NCBI RefSeq assembly: GCF_004010195.1
Contig: NC_057719.1
Location: 19,944,480 to 20,008,479, forward strand
DNA: 64,000 nucleotides
Direction: 5' to 3'
From: Chiloscyllium plagiosum
Lineage: Eukaryota
Shown piece by piece: positions 1 to 11,187 of this stretch. Numbering within the stretch: position 1 is the stretch's first letter; every line of letters starts with the position of its first letter. The position numbers were made by a program, and so were the translations under genes. The notes beneath the pieces are model-generated. The model ran no database searches and had not been told where the DNA came from. It saw nothing but the letters and a program-made list of their open reading frames with translations.

Positions 1-66
1 TGCTGCGCTTTTCCAGCAACACATTTTCAGCTCTGATCTCCAGCATTTGCAGACCTCACTTTCTCC
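1..66 (+). mobile_element. 3' tail of a PLE pseudo-LTR cassette, truncated by the window start
   Basis: TGCTGCGCTTTTCCAGCAACACATTTTCAGCTCTGATCTCCAGCAT...CACTTTCTCC is near-identical to the tails of the cassettes at 1147-1275, 2036-2156 and 2661-2789. Confidence 0.85.
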
Positions 67-458
67 TCAAAGAGAAGGCAAGACAAGGCAAGGCATGGCA
101 AGGTAAGGCAAGGCAAGGCAAGGCAAGGCATGGCATGGCAATGCATGGCAAGGCAAGGCAAGGCAAGGCATGGCAAGGCAAGGCACGGTAAGGACAGGCA
201 AGGCAAGGCAGGGCAAGGTAAGGTAAGGTAAGGTAAGGCAAGGTAAGGTAAGGTAAGGCAAGGCAAGGCAAGGCAAGGCAAGGCAAGGCAAGGCATGGCA
301 TGGCATGGCATGGCAAGGCAAGGTAAGGCAAGACAAGGTAAGGCAAACCATGGCAAGACATGGCAAGACAAGGCAAGACAAGGTAAGGCAAACCATGGCA
401 AGACATGGCAAGACAAGGCAAGGCATGGCATGGCAAGGCAAGGCATGGAAAGGCAAAC

Positions 459-958
459 NNNNNNNNNNNNNNNNNNNNNNNNNNNNNNNNNNNNNNNNNN
501 NNNNNNNNNNNNNNNNNNNNNNNNNNNNNNNNNNNNNNNNNNNNNNNNNNNNNNNNNNNNNNNNNNNNNNNNNNNNNNNNNNNNNNNNNNNNNNNNNNNN
601 NNNNNNNNNNNNNNNNNNNNNNNNNNNNNNNNNNNNNNNNNNNNNNNNNNNNNNNNNNNNNNNNNNNNNNNNNNNNNNNNNNNNNNNNNNNNNNNNNNNN
701 NNNNNNNNNNNNNNNNNNNNNNNNNNNNNNNNNNNNNNNNNNNNNNNNNNNNNNNNNNNNNNNNNNNNNNNNNNNNNNNNNNNNNNNNNNNNNNNNNNNN
801 NNNNNNNNNNNNNNNNNNNNNNNNNNNNNNNNNNNNNNNNNNNNNNNNNNNNNNNNNNNNNNNNNNNNNNNNNNNNNNNNNNNNNNNNNNNNNNNNNNNN
901 NNNNNNNNNNNNNNNNNNNNNNNNNNNNNNNNNNNNNNNNNNNNNNNNNNNNNNNNNN
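459..958. other. Assembly gap (500 N)
   Basis: Run of N inside the satellite. Confidence 1.
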
Positions 959-1146
959 AAGGCAAGGTGTAGCAAGGCATGGCAAGGTATGACAAGGCAA
1001 GGCATGGCAAGGTAAGGTAAGGCAAGGCAAAGCATGGCATGACAAGGCAAGGCGTGGCATGGCAAGGCAAGGCAAGGCATGACAAGGCAAGGCTTGGCAA
1101 GGCAAGGCAACGCATGGCATGGCCAGGTAAGGTACGGCAAGGCACC

Positions 1147-1275
1147 TTTCCTGAAGAAGGGCTTATACCCGAAACGTCGATTCTCCTGTTCCTTGGATGA
1201 TGCCTGACCTGCTGCGCTTTTCCAGCAACACATTTTCAGCTCTGATCTCCAGCATCTGCAGTCCTCACATTCTCC
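1147..1275 (+). mobile_element. PLE 3' cassette (hammerhead plus tail), copy 1 in the satellite
   Basis: It is the reverse complement of the 3' end of the PLE fragment at 4736-5140, which carries the ORF C-terminus LIFRLGTLQPQGMNSDF. Confidence 0.85.
1151..1178 (+). ncRNA. Minimal type I hammerhead ribozyme motif
   Basis: CUGAAGA, A, stem II GGG-CUUAUA-CCC, GAAA, palindromic ACGU stem III, GUC cleavage triplet. Stem I is weak (about 2 bp). Confidence 0.75.
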
Positions 1276-2035
1276 CCGAGGCAAAGCATGGCATGGCAAG
1301 GCAAGGCAAGGCATGGCATGGCAAGGTAAGGCATGACAAGGCAAGGCAAGGCAAGGTATAGCAAGGCATGGCAAGGCATGACAAGGTAAGGCATGGCAAG
1401 GTAAGGTAAGGCAAGGCAAAGCATGGCATGACAAGGCAAGGCGTGGCATGGCAAGGCAAGGCATGACATGGCAAGGCGAGGTAAGGCAAGGCATGGCAAG
1501 GCAAGGTAAGATAATGCAAGACATGGCATGGAAAGGCAAGGCATAGCAAGGCATGGCATGGCAAGGCAAGGCAAGGTAAGGCAAGGCAAAGCATGGCATA
1601 GCAAGGCAAGGTAAAGCAAGGCATGGCAAGGCATGGCATGGCATGGCAAGGTAAGGCATGACAAGGCAAGGTAAGGAAAGGCATGACAAAGCAAGGTAAG
1701 GAAAGGCAAGGTAAGGCAAGGCAAGGCAAGGTATGGCATGACAAGGCATGGCATGGCATGGCAAGGTAAGGCATGACAAGGCAAGGCAAGGCATGGCAAG
1801 GCAAGGCAATGCAAGGCAAGGCAATGCAAGGCAAGGCATGGCATGGCAAGGCAAGGCATGGCATGGCAAGGCATGGGAAGCCATGGCAAGGCATGGCATG
1901 ACAAGGCAAGGCGTGGCATGTCAAGGCAAGACAAGGCATGACAAGGCAAGGCATGGCAAGGCAAGGCATGGCAAGGCAAGGCATGGCAAGGCAAGGCAAC
2001 GCATGGCATGGCCAGGTAAGGTAAGGCAAGGCACC

Positions 2036-2156
2036 TTTCCTGAAGAAGGGCTTATACCCGATTCTCCTGTTCCTTGGATGCTGCCTGACCTGCTGCGCTT
2101 TTCCAGCAACACAATTTCAGCTCTGATCTCCAGCATCTGCAGTCCTCACATTCTCC
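2036..2156 (+). mobile_element. PLE 3' cassette copy 2, hammerhead core deleted
   Basis: Same junctions as copy 1, but an 8-nt deletion (AAACGTCG) removes GAAA and the cleavage triplet. Confidence 0.85.
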
Positions 2157-2660
2157 CCGAGGCAAAGCATGGCATGGCAAGGCAAGGCAAGGCATGGCAT
2201 GGCAAGGTAAGGCATGACAAGGTAAGGCATGGCAAGGTAAGGTAAGGCAAGGTATAGCAAGGCATGGCAAGGCATGACAAGGTAAGGCATGGCAAGGTAA
2301 GGTAAGGCAAGGCAAAGCATGGCATGACAAGGCAAGGCACGGCATGGCAAGGCATGACAAGGCAAGGCATGGCAAGGTAAGGTAAGGCATGACAAAGCAT
2401 GGCATGGCAAGGCGTGGCATGGCAAGGCAAGGCAAGGCATGACAAGGCAAGGCATGGCAAGGCAATGCCTGGCATGTCAAGGCAAGGCAAGGCATGGCAT
2501 GGAAAGGTAGGTAAGGTAAGGCAAAGCATGGCATGACAAGGCAAGGCGTGGCATGGCAAGGCAAGGCAAGGCATGACAAGGCAAGGCATGGCAAGGCAAT
2601 GCCTGGCATGGCAAGGCAAGGCAACGCATGGCATGGCCAGGTAAGGTAAGGCAAGGCACC

Positions 2661-2789
2661 TTTCCTGAAGAAGGGCTTATACCCGAAACGTCGATTCTCC
2701 TGTTCCTTGGATCCTGCCTGACCTGCTGCGCTTTTCCAGCAACACAATTTCAGCTCTGATCTCCAGCATCTGCAGACCCCACTTTCTCC
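2661..2789 (+). mobile_element. PLE 3' cassette copy 3
   Basis: Nearly the same upstream junction as copies 1 and 2 (GCAACGCATGGCATGGCCAGGTAAGGTAAGGCAAGGCACCTTTC). Confidence 0.85.
2665..2692 (+). ncRNA. Minimal type I hammerhead ribozyme motif
   Basis: CTGAAGAAGGGCTTATACCCGAAACGTC, identical to 1151-1178. Confidence 0.75.
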
Positions 2790-3426
2790 CCCAGGCAAAG
2801 CATGGCATGGCATGGCAAGGCAAGGCATGGCATGGCATGGCACGGCAAGGCAAGGCATGGCATGGCAAGGCAAGGCATGACAAAGCAAGGTAAGGAAAGG
2901 CAAGGCATGGCAAGGTAAGGCATGGCAAGGCATGGCAAGGTAAGGCATGGCATGGCATGGCAAGGTAAGGCATGACAAGGCAAGGCACGGCATGACAAGG
3001 CATGGCATGGCAAGGCATGACAAGGCAAGGCATGGCATGGCAAGGCAAGGCAAGGCAAGGCAAGGCAAGGCAAGGCAAGGCAAGGCATGACAAGTCAAGG
3101 CAAGGCAAGGCATGACAAGGCAAGGCAAGGCAAGGCATGACAAGGCAAGGCAAGGCAAGGCATGACAAGGCAAGGCAAGGCATGGCAAGGCATGGCATGG
3201 CATGGCAAGGCATGACAAGGCAAGGCATGGCATGGCATGGCAAGGCAAGGCATGACAAGGCATGGCAAGGCATGGCATGGCAAGGCAAGGCATGGCATGA
3301 CAAGGCAAGGCATGGCAAGGCATGGCATGGCATGGCAAGGCAAGGCATGGCATGGCATGACAAGGCAAGGCGTGGCATGGCAAGGCAAGGCAAGGCAAGG
3401 CATGGCAAGGCAAGTTAAAGCAAGAT

Positions 3427-3642
3427 CTTAAAGATGTGTTGCTGGAAAAGCACAGCAGGTCAGGCAGCATCAAAGGAAAAGGAGAATCAACTTTTCGGGC
3501 ATAAGCCCTTCTTCAGGAATGATTCCTGAAGAAGGGCTTATGCCTGAAACGTCGATTCTCCTTCTCTTTTGATGCTGCCTGACCTGCTGTGCTTTTCCAG
3601 CAACACATTTGTAAGCTCTGATCTCCAGTCCACACTTTCTCC
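3427..3642. mobile_element. Fold-back PLE cassette with head-to-head hammerhead motifs
   Basis: Inverted repeat 3427-3520 / 3522-3615 centred on CAGGAAT-G-ATTCCTG. Hammerhead motifs at 3489-3516 (-) and 3526-3553 (+). Confidence 0.85.
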
Positions 3643-4735
3643 AAGGTAAGGCAAGGCATGACAAGGCAAATGCGTGGCAAGGCATGGCAAGCAAGGCATG
3701 ACAAGGCAAGGCAAGGCAAGGCAAGGCAAGGCATGGCATGGCAAGGCAAGGCAAGGCAAGGCAAGGCAAGGTAAGGCATGACAAAGCAAGGTAAGGAAAG
3801 GCAAGGTAAGGCAAGGCAAATGCGTGGCAAGGTATGGCATGACAAGGCATGGCATGGCATGGCAAGGCAAGGCAAGGCAAGGCAAGGCATGGCAAGGCAA
3901 GGCAAGGCAAGGCAAGGCAAGGCATGGCAAGGCAAGGCATGGCAAGGCAAGGCATGGTAAGGCAAGGCATGGCATGGCAAGGCAAGGCAAGGCATGGCAA
4001 GGCATGGCATGGCATGGCATGGCATGGCAAGGTAAGGCAAGGCAACATAAGTCATGGCAAGGCTAAGTAAGGCAAGGCATGGCAAGGCAAGGCAAAGCAT
4101 GGCATGGCAAGGCTACGTAAGGCAAGGTAAGGTAAGATAAGGCAAGGCAACATAAGGCATAGCAAGGCTAGGTAAGGCAAGGCATGGTAATGCAAGGTAA
4201 GATAATGCAAGACATGGCATGGCAAGGCAAGGCATAGCAAGGCATGGCATGGCAAGGCAAGGTAAGGCAAGGCAAAGCATGGCATAGCAAGGCAAGGTAA
4301 AGCAAGGCATGGCATGGCATGGCATGGCAAGGCATGGCATGGCATGGCAAGGCAAGGTAAGGTAAGGCATGACAAAGCAAGGTAAGGAAAGGCAAGGTAA
4401 GGCAAGGCAAGGTATGGCATGACAAGGCATGGCATGGCATGGCAAGGTAAGGCATGACAAGGCAAGGCATGGCATGGCAAGGCATGGCATGGCAAGGCAA
4501 GGCAAGGCATGGCAAGGCAAAACAAGGCAAGGCAAGGCAATGCAAGGCAAGACAAGGCAAGGCATGGCATGGCAAGGTAAGGCATGACAAGGCAAGGCAT
4601 GGCATGGCAAGGCATGGGAAGCCATGGCAAGGCATGGCATGGCATGGTAAGGCATGACAAGGCAAGGCAAGGCATGGCATGGCATGGCAAGGCAAGGCAA
4701 GGCATGGCAAGGCAAAACAAGGCAAGGCAATGCAA

Positions 4736-5140
4736 GGAGAAAGTGAGGATTGCAGATGTTGGAGATCAGAGCTGAAATGTGTTGCTGGAAAAGCACAGCA
4801 GGTCAGGCAGCATCCAAGGAACAGGAGAATCGACGTTTCGGGCATGAGCGCTTCTTCAGGAATGAGGAAAGTGTGTCCAGCAAGCTAAGATAAAAGGTAG
4901 GGAGGAGGGACTTGGGGGAGGGGCATTGGAAATGTGATAGGTGGAAGGAGGTCAAGGTGAGGGTGATAGGCCGGAGTGGGGGTGGGGGCGGAGAGGTCAG
5001 GAAGAAGATTGCAGGTTAGGAAGGCGGTGCTGAGTTCGAGGGATTTGACTGAGACATGGTGGGGGGAGGGGAAATGAGGAAACTGGAGAAATCTGAGTTC
5101 ATCCCTTGTGGTTGGAGGGTTCCTAGGCGGAAGATGAGGC
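4736..5140 (-). mobile_element. PLE 3' fragment (end of GIY-YIG ORF, C-rich UTR, hammerhead, tail)
   Basis: The minus strand encodes LIFRLGTLQPQGMNSDFSSFLISPPP, homologous to EEEHLIFCLGTLQPHGINVDF near 45300-45370. Hammerhead-like motif at 4832-4859. Confidence 0.85.
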
Positions 5141-5217
5141 ATAGCAAGGCGTGGCAAGGCAAGGCAAGACAAGACAAGGCATGGCATAGCAAGGTATGGT
5201 AAGATAAAACAGGGCAA
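5137..5217. repeat. Degenerate end of the pentamer satellite
   Basis: AGGCATAGCAAGGCGTGGCAAGGCAAGGCAAGACAAGACAAGG resumes after the PLE fragment. Confidence 0.85.
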
Positions 5218-7789
5218 CACAAAAATGTTGTGAGCATCCAAATAGTTTCAAGATGATTAGATACTGAGAAAATAAATATGAAGACCTGAGATTTATCCTG
5301 GTCCAGTCTGGGGTCTGAATGCATGCCCTGTGTGTAAAGTGCCCTTGCAGAAACATTGAAATGATAGTTTGCAGTGTGTCCTGAAGGGTAGTATTGCAGT
5401 AGACTGGAGATGTGCCATAAGGGTGAAGAGAGGCTGACAGGTGACAGATGCCAGATGTGGGATGCATGCTGAAGCAGTTCATAGAAGGTGCCTTGATATG
5501 TTTGTGCCGGGTGTCTAAAATGGTGGTCCACAGGAGCCAGCAACAAGATGATATTGCCAGTTACTCACTCTCACGTTCATGTGAGAAATTGTCCACACCT
5601 AGTTTCCTATTGAAATCTGAATATTGATGAGGTGAGATTTAGTGTTGATGAGAATTATAACAAGCAATAAAACCTATTAATCGATAACCCAGAATTACTC
5701 ACAAGAACTTCATTCCAACATCTGGAATTCTGATGGAAAATGCCCCAGTGATTCCCAATGTTGAGAAAGCCCTTGCTGGACTTTGATGTGATTCTCCCAG
5801 AATTCCCACCATAGTCCTCATCTTTATAAGATTCTACCCTATTTAATTCTGAGCAAGGATTGGAAATAATAACTTTTTTTCATTCTTTATATAATGTATT
5901 TTTGGCCATTTTTGTTTGACACCAAGGTATCAAGCATCAAATATTTTTGATGTTGCTATGACTTAATGGCAGTGTCTGCAGGTTTAACTGGAGCCAAATT
6001 ATCATCATACACCAACTTCGATTGTAACATCTATTAAATTCATAAAGTCCTTCTCTTGAGAAAGATGAGACAGAAAAATCTAGTAGTCATATTAAAATTA
6101 TTTGCTATGTTTAAACTGCATTTTAGGCAATATACCTTGAATAAATATGTCAAGAAAGAGCTGCTACATTTAACGCATTAATGTCAGTACTTGTACAGTA
6201 TTAACACTTGATATAAAACCTTGGTTAAATTGAGGTGGCAATTTTATTACCAAGGTGACAAAGTCCAGCTAATTCAAGAGGGTTTTTATTTTGTGAATCT
6301 CTAGACTTTAGGAAAATCATTTTTTATTTTCCCAGATTTTCCTTGAATTATCCTTGTTAGCTTTTGAAATGAGGTTGTCATTCAAGAAACCAAATTAAAT
6401 GCTGAAATATTCACAATAAAGTAGCCATGCAGAATTTTGAACAGACTCTCAGGAAGGAAATAGTTCTTCTATCAGTCTCCTTTTGAATTTGAATTCAGAT
6501 CATGGAGGTGACAGGCTCGTTCTAACCTAATATACCTTTGTCAATCTTCTTTCCCAACAAAGTATTAAAACTATGCATAGCCTGCCAGCTTGGATTATAG
6601 CCATTCTTGAAAGAAAACAATATTTAGTGAGTGATAATGAAATCCAATGTCATTTTTGTTACAGATTCTAACAAAAACAATTACACTTAATTACTGTATT
6701 CCACATATTTCTAACTATTTATTGTATTTGATATTGAAGAATCACCCTCTTCTTATTTCTACAGTTTCCTTTGGACAAAATGAAAGTGTATAAAAAATTC
6801 ATTTGCCTCTTTTTGGTTTATCTTGATTATGTCTATTTTTAAAATATTATTGCTGTAATAATTTAATGCAAAGGACTGGAGACATATTTATGATAAAAAT
6901 GGCTTTCCTTTGCCAATTTCATGATTGTGAGATTAGGGTATTTCAGATAATTATATTTGACTGTTTCTGTTGTGTCAAATCTATTAAATTGTTATAATGT
7001 ACAGCTGGTGTTTGACATAAAGAGTTGGCTGTAACAGAATTGTTTTGGAAAGTGATTCAATGAGCTGCATAAATCACATGTAGAGGGCCAACAGTCCACA
7101 ATCTCTGCAATTAACTCAACACATGTTCATACATGCTACCCAAATGACTGCAAAATTCTAACAATCCAGTCAAGGTTAGCTTGGGGATGCACTTCACATC
7201 AGTTTAAGACCTGTAAGAAATTGTCTAATTTATGGAGTCTTGCATTGGCTTAGATCACCATATAAAATGTATTGATTTCATGCTGCATGAATCCTTAGAA
7301 TAATACACTATCAAAAAATGTTAAAAGATGTGAGAGTTGTCATTCTGTAAAGGAGCAAGTTCCCCGTGCAGATATCATCTCCATCAGGCTTTTCCATCTT
7401 TCTGCGATGATACTGGATCCTGATGGAAGGTCTCCTCTTCTTCTAAGGGTTGCCCCCTTTGGGATTAGGACAAATGAGATGCCAGGCTATCTGAAAAACT
7501 CTGCAAGATCTTCCCAGAGCATTGTGGGAATGATGAAAGAGCAATGCTCTCAAAACTTGTGTTTTCAAATAATCTGGTGTCATCTGATTTCTGATCCTAA
7601 GACTGTTAACATCTTACACACTACTTGCTATACTTCTGAGTTTCGAGTTATCTGAAAATATTCAAATTATGCTTTGCATATCCAAATGAAGGTTGTCTGT
7701 ATTAAAAAGAACACTAGTTGTAACGCCAACTCCTGTACACTTCCCTGGAGACTGAAATACAACAGCTCCTCTTTGCTTTCTGTGTTTAT

Positions 7790-8250
7790 CTAAAAACATA
7801 TCCCTGAAGCCATTGCCCCATTAATCATGTGAAGTTCAATTTTGTTAGCATGTGGAATCTTATCAAATGTCTTTTGAAAATCCACTTACAGAATAGCAAC
7901 CACATTCTCTATATTGATATTCTTTATTAATTCATCAAAGAACTCAATCAATTTCCAACTTGAGCAAACTTTACCTTTAACAAACATATGCTGGTCCACA
8001 AATCTATTCATTAAGACATGCTTTCCTAAATCTCAATTAATTTTGCCCTCAGTGCCTGTCTCTGAGAGCTTCCAAACTGCTGACATTAGACTGAAAGCTA
8101 GTTTATATCACTTCCTCTTTTCGAACATTCATGTAATAGCAGCAATGCTTCAGTCCTCTGACACCACTCTCCTGACAACAGAGAATTATGTCAATGTGGC
8201 CAGTGCTTCTGAAATTTCCACCCTTGTTCCTTTCACCAGCCTAAGATGTG
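7790..8250 (-). mobile_element. Old CR1-clade LINE ORF2 fragment
   Basis: Decayed similarity to the RT region of younger copies, e.g. GGAATCTTATCAAATGTCTTTTGAAAATCCA (MDF.KAFDKIPH-like on the minus strand). Confidence 0.55.
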
Positions 8251-8532
8251 TCCTCACTAAACTGAAGTGTCACAATACACTGGTGCTGGAAAACATGCCT
8301 CATTATTCCTGAAGCTGTTACAAAAATTAAAGTTTTTGGTGATAAATAAAGATTACCCAATTTACTTGATTTTTTAAATAAAAGTTGTTAAAAAGCATGG
8401 ACCAGTTTTGAGCACTTATTGAGAATTGTTATTTCTTATTAGCAATTAGATTTTAATTAAAGTAAATAATTATAAACTGCTGGCTCATCGCACAAATTAT
8501 ATCTCTAATTCCCTTTTAAGTTCACCCTTCTG

Positions 8533-8720
8533 AGGGGGTCAGTTAACTCAGTTGGCTGGGTGACTATCTTACAATATAAGCTAATACCAAATGTGTGGTG
8601 GGCTCAATTCCCACATTGGCTGAGGTTACCATAAAGGACATTTCATCTTAATATCCCCAACTCTACCGCCTACCTGCCTGGTAGGGTGCCTGGTAGGAAA
8701 AGCCAGCATTGGTTGTCTCT
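8533..8720 (+). mobile_element. tRNA-derived SINE fragment (family B)
   Basis: Box A-like TAACTCAGTTGG and box B-like GGCTCAATTCC, followed by GGCTGAGGTTACCAT. Inverted relatives at 9595-9810 and 46515-46650. Confidence 0.5.
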
Positions 8721-9594
8721 TATTGATGAGAGAATGGATTGGTTGGGATTTGACATCTTTTGTGCATAAAAATACACACAGAGAGAAAAGGACAAAAACA
8801 GTGGGAAAATGCATAGATGGAGAAAAAACTGGGAGGGCAATTCAGCAGTCTTTGGCCACAAAATCTGTTGTGTTGGTTCTTCAGAAGATAGCCTTCCTTT
8901 TCCAAATATTTCCACTGTTTTGCTGCTGCACTTATGACAAGTCTGATATATCAATTCAAGTCAGAGTTTGCAGCAACTACTGATAGAACGTTGAACTGGT
9001 TTCTTCAGGATTTAAGTGGGTTTTGACTGCTGAGAACAAAGATCTCATTCCAGAGTTGGTGGAGATCTGATCACTTCTATCTTATCTCATTGCCAGCCCC
9101 ATGCTCCTCAGTTACCTGAGAGTCAATGATATGGTTGTTGGTAGGCTCCAGGCTGTTGTCATCAATAACTGATTGCTAGCCCATAGACTAATCAATTTGA
9201 TGCCAGCCAAGTCTTCATCTGTAACCAACCCTTGACTCCAGTTTATCTGCAAACACTGCTGTAACCCACAACTGTGTAAACAGTATTTACAATGAATGGT
9301 AAATTGCTTGCTTTCAAGCCATACAGCAATCCTTGGTTCTTAAAACATTTCTTTCTCATTTTTGTTCCCAATATTTGATAAAAGCACAAAGAAAGACAGT
9401 GTGTTTACATTCAATATAATTTCAAATTGACAAATTGATCATCACCAAGGATCATAACAGGGTCCTTAGCTTTTCATCACATTTATCAATGATTCGGATA
9501 AAGGAATGGAAGGTCATACATTCAAGACTGTTGATGAAACTCAGTTAGGTGGCATAGTAACACAGGGAGAGAGAAGCAGTAAAAAGGTGAAGCT

Positions 9595-9810
9595 GCTAAA
9601 GTCCTACTGGACCATAGGGCCAACTCCCTCATCACAGAGAGAGAATATTGGTGATGGTGCTTCAATCTGAAAATCATCATGCCTCTGGTGAGGGGAAAGG
9701 TTGAGAAGAAGGAGAGTCCTTCACAATAACCTCAACCAAGGCAAGAATTAATCTCATGGTGTTGGCATCATGCTGTACTTCAAGCTGGTTATCCAGCCAG
9801 CTGAACCAAC
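9595..9810 (-). mobile_element. tRNA-derived SINE (family B)
   Basis: Shares GGTGAGGGGAAAGGTTGAG with 46609-46627. CCAGCCAGCTGAACCAAC is the reverse complement of the head at ~8545. Confidence 0.55.
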
Positions 9811-10249
9811 ATTCTTTATTTGACTGAATTTTATCACATATCCCATATTCACATTCTGTTAGCTTTTATAGCAAATAATTTTGTGTAAGCACAGTGAAAT
9901 GTTAGTTTTGAAGGTAATCTTTGATAATAATGGAATTAATATGGTACGGTAATGTTTTATTACATTAAAAAGTGAATGAAAGTGACTGTGTAAGCAGAAT
10001 ATAAGCTCTTAGCATTGAATTTAAAATTCTGCAGAAATGTAATGAGATTATTTAGAAGTACTATGTTGGAAGTACCGAATTACAAAAAAAGCCATAAAGG
10101 CCTTCATCTCATATTCCAGTTTTATTGTCATAATGCCTGAAGCATTCATAAGTAATTCCATTCTCAACTATTTTAACAGAGCTATAAATGTGTTTACTTT
10201 AAAATTTGTGTAAATCTATGAAAATGACAATATTACATGATTTAGTGTC

Positions 10250-11187
10250 AGTCATAGAGTCATATAGACTCATAGAAATGTACAGCATGGAAAACAGACT
10301 TTTTGATCCAACTCAGCCATGTTGACCAGATATCATAAATTGATCTCCCATTTGCCAGCATTTGGTTCATATCCCTCTAAACACTTCCTATTCATATTCA
10401 GATGCCTATTAAATGTTGCAATTGTACTAGCTTTCACTACTTCCTTTGTCAGCTCATTCTATACACGCACCATCCTCTGCATGAAAAAGTCGCCCCTTAG
10501 ATTCTTTTAAATCTTTCCCCTCTCACCTAAAACGTATGCCCTCTAGTTTTAGATTCCCCTATCCTGGGGAAAGGACCTTGACTATTCACCCGATACATGC
10601 CCCTCATGATTTTATAAACTTCTATAAGGTCACCCCTCAACGTTTGATGCTCCAGGGAAAATAACCCCAGCCTATTCGGCCTTTGCCTATAGCTCAAACC
10701 GTCCAACCTTGGCAACATCCTTGTAAATCTTTTCTCAACATTTTCAAGTTTAACAACATTTTTCTGAAAGCAGGGAGACCAGAATGGAATGCGTATTCCA
10801 AAAGTGGCTTAACCTATGTCTGTACAGCTGCAAAATGACCTCCCAACCCCTGTACTCAATGCACTGACCAATAAAAGCAAGTGTGCCAAAGACCTTCTTC
10901 ACTACCCTGTCTACCTGTGGCTCCTCTTTCAAGGTACTATGAACCTGTACCTCCACGTCTCTTTGTTTGGCAACACTCCCCAGAACTTTAACATTAAATG
11001 TGTAAGCCCAGCCCTGATTTGCCTTACCTAAATGCAGCAGCTCACATACATCTAAATTAAACTCCACCTGTCACTCCATGGCCCATTGGCCCATTTGATC
11101 AAGGTCCTGTTCTACTCTGAGGAAACCTTCTTCGCTGTCCACTACACCATGAAGTTTGACATCATCTGCAAATGTACCAACCATATC
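10250..11187 (-). mobile_element. HER1/CR1-type LINE, 5'-truncated
   Basis: ORFs 10750-11067 and 10527-10718 encode the CR1 ORF2 C-terminus (MEFNLDVCELLHLG; RLGLFSLE..LRGDLIEVYKIM). (CTATGACT)n-like tail. Confidence 0.92.

Larger units (their letters stand above)
75..4735. repeat. Compound pentanucleotide satellite (GGCAA/GGCAT/GGTAA/GACAA variants) interrupted by PLE cassettes
   Basis: 5-bp periodicity is directly visible. It produces the spurious PCLAL/ARQGK ORFs. Confidence 0.97.

Noticed and set aside
1147..3642. CRISPR-like repeat/spacer arrangement
   Set aside because: The repeats are ~130-bp PLE cassettes, the spacers are satellite, there are no cas genes, and the context is eukaryotic.
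75..4735. Telomeric repeat or p53-site array
   Set aside because: It is not TTAGGG, and the units give RRRCWWG followed mostly by purines rather than YYY, so they do not fit the p53 half-site.
27..4888. Long Cys/Pro/Leu-rich (PCLAL) and ARQGK ORFs of up to 610 aa
   Set aside because: They are artefacts of a nearly stop-free 5-bp repeat and the N gap, and are open in several frames at once.
4895..5075. G-quadruplex-like G-rich tract
   Set aside because: It is explained as the reverse complement of the C-rich PLE 3' UTR; there is no independent evidence of function.
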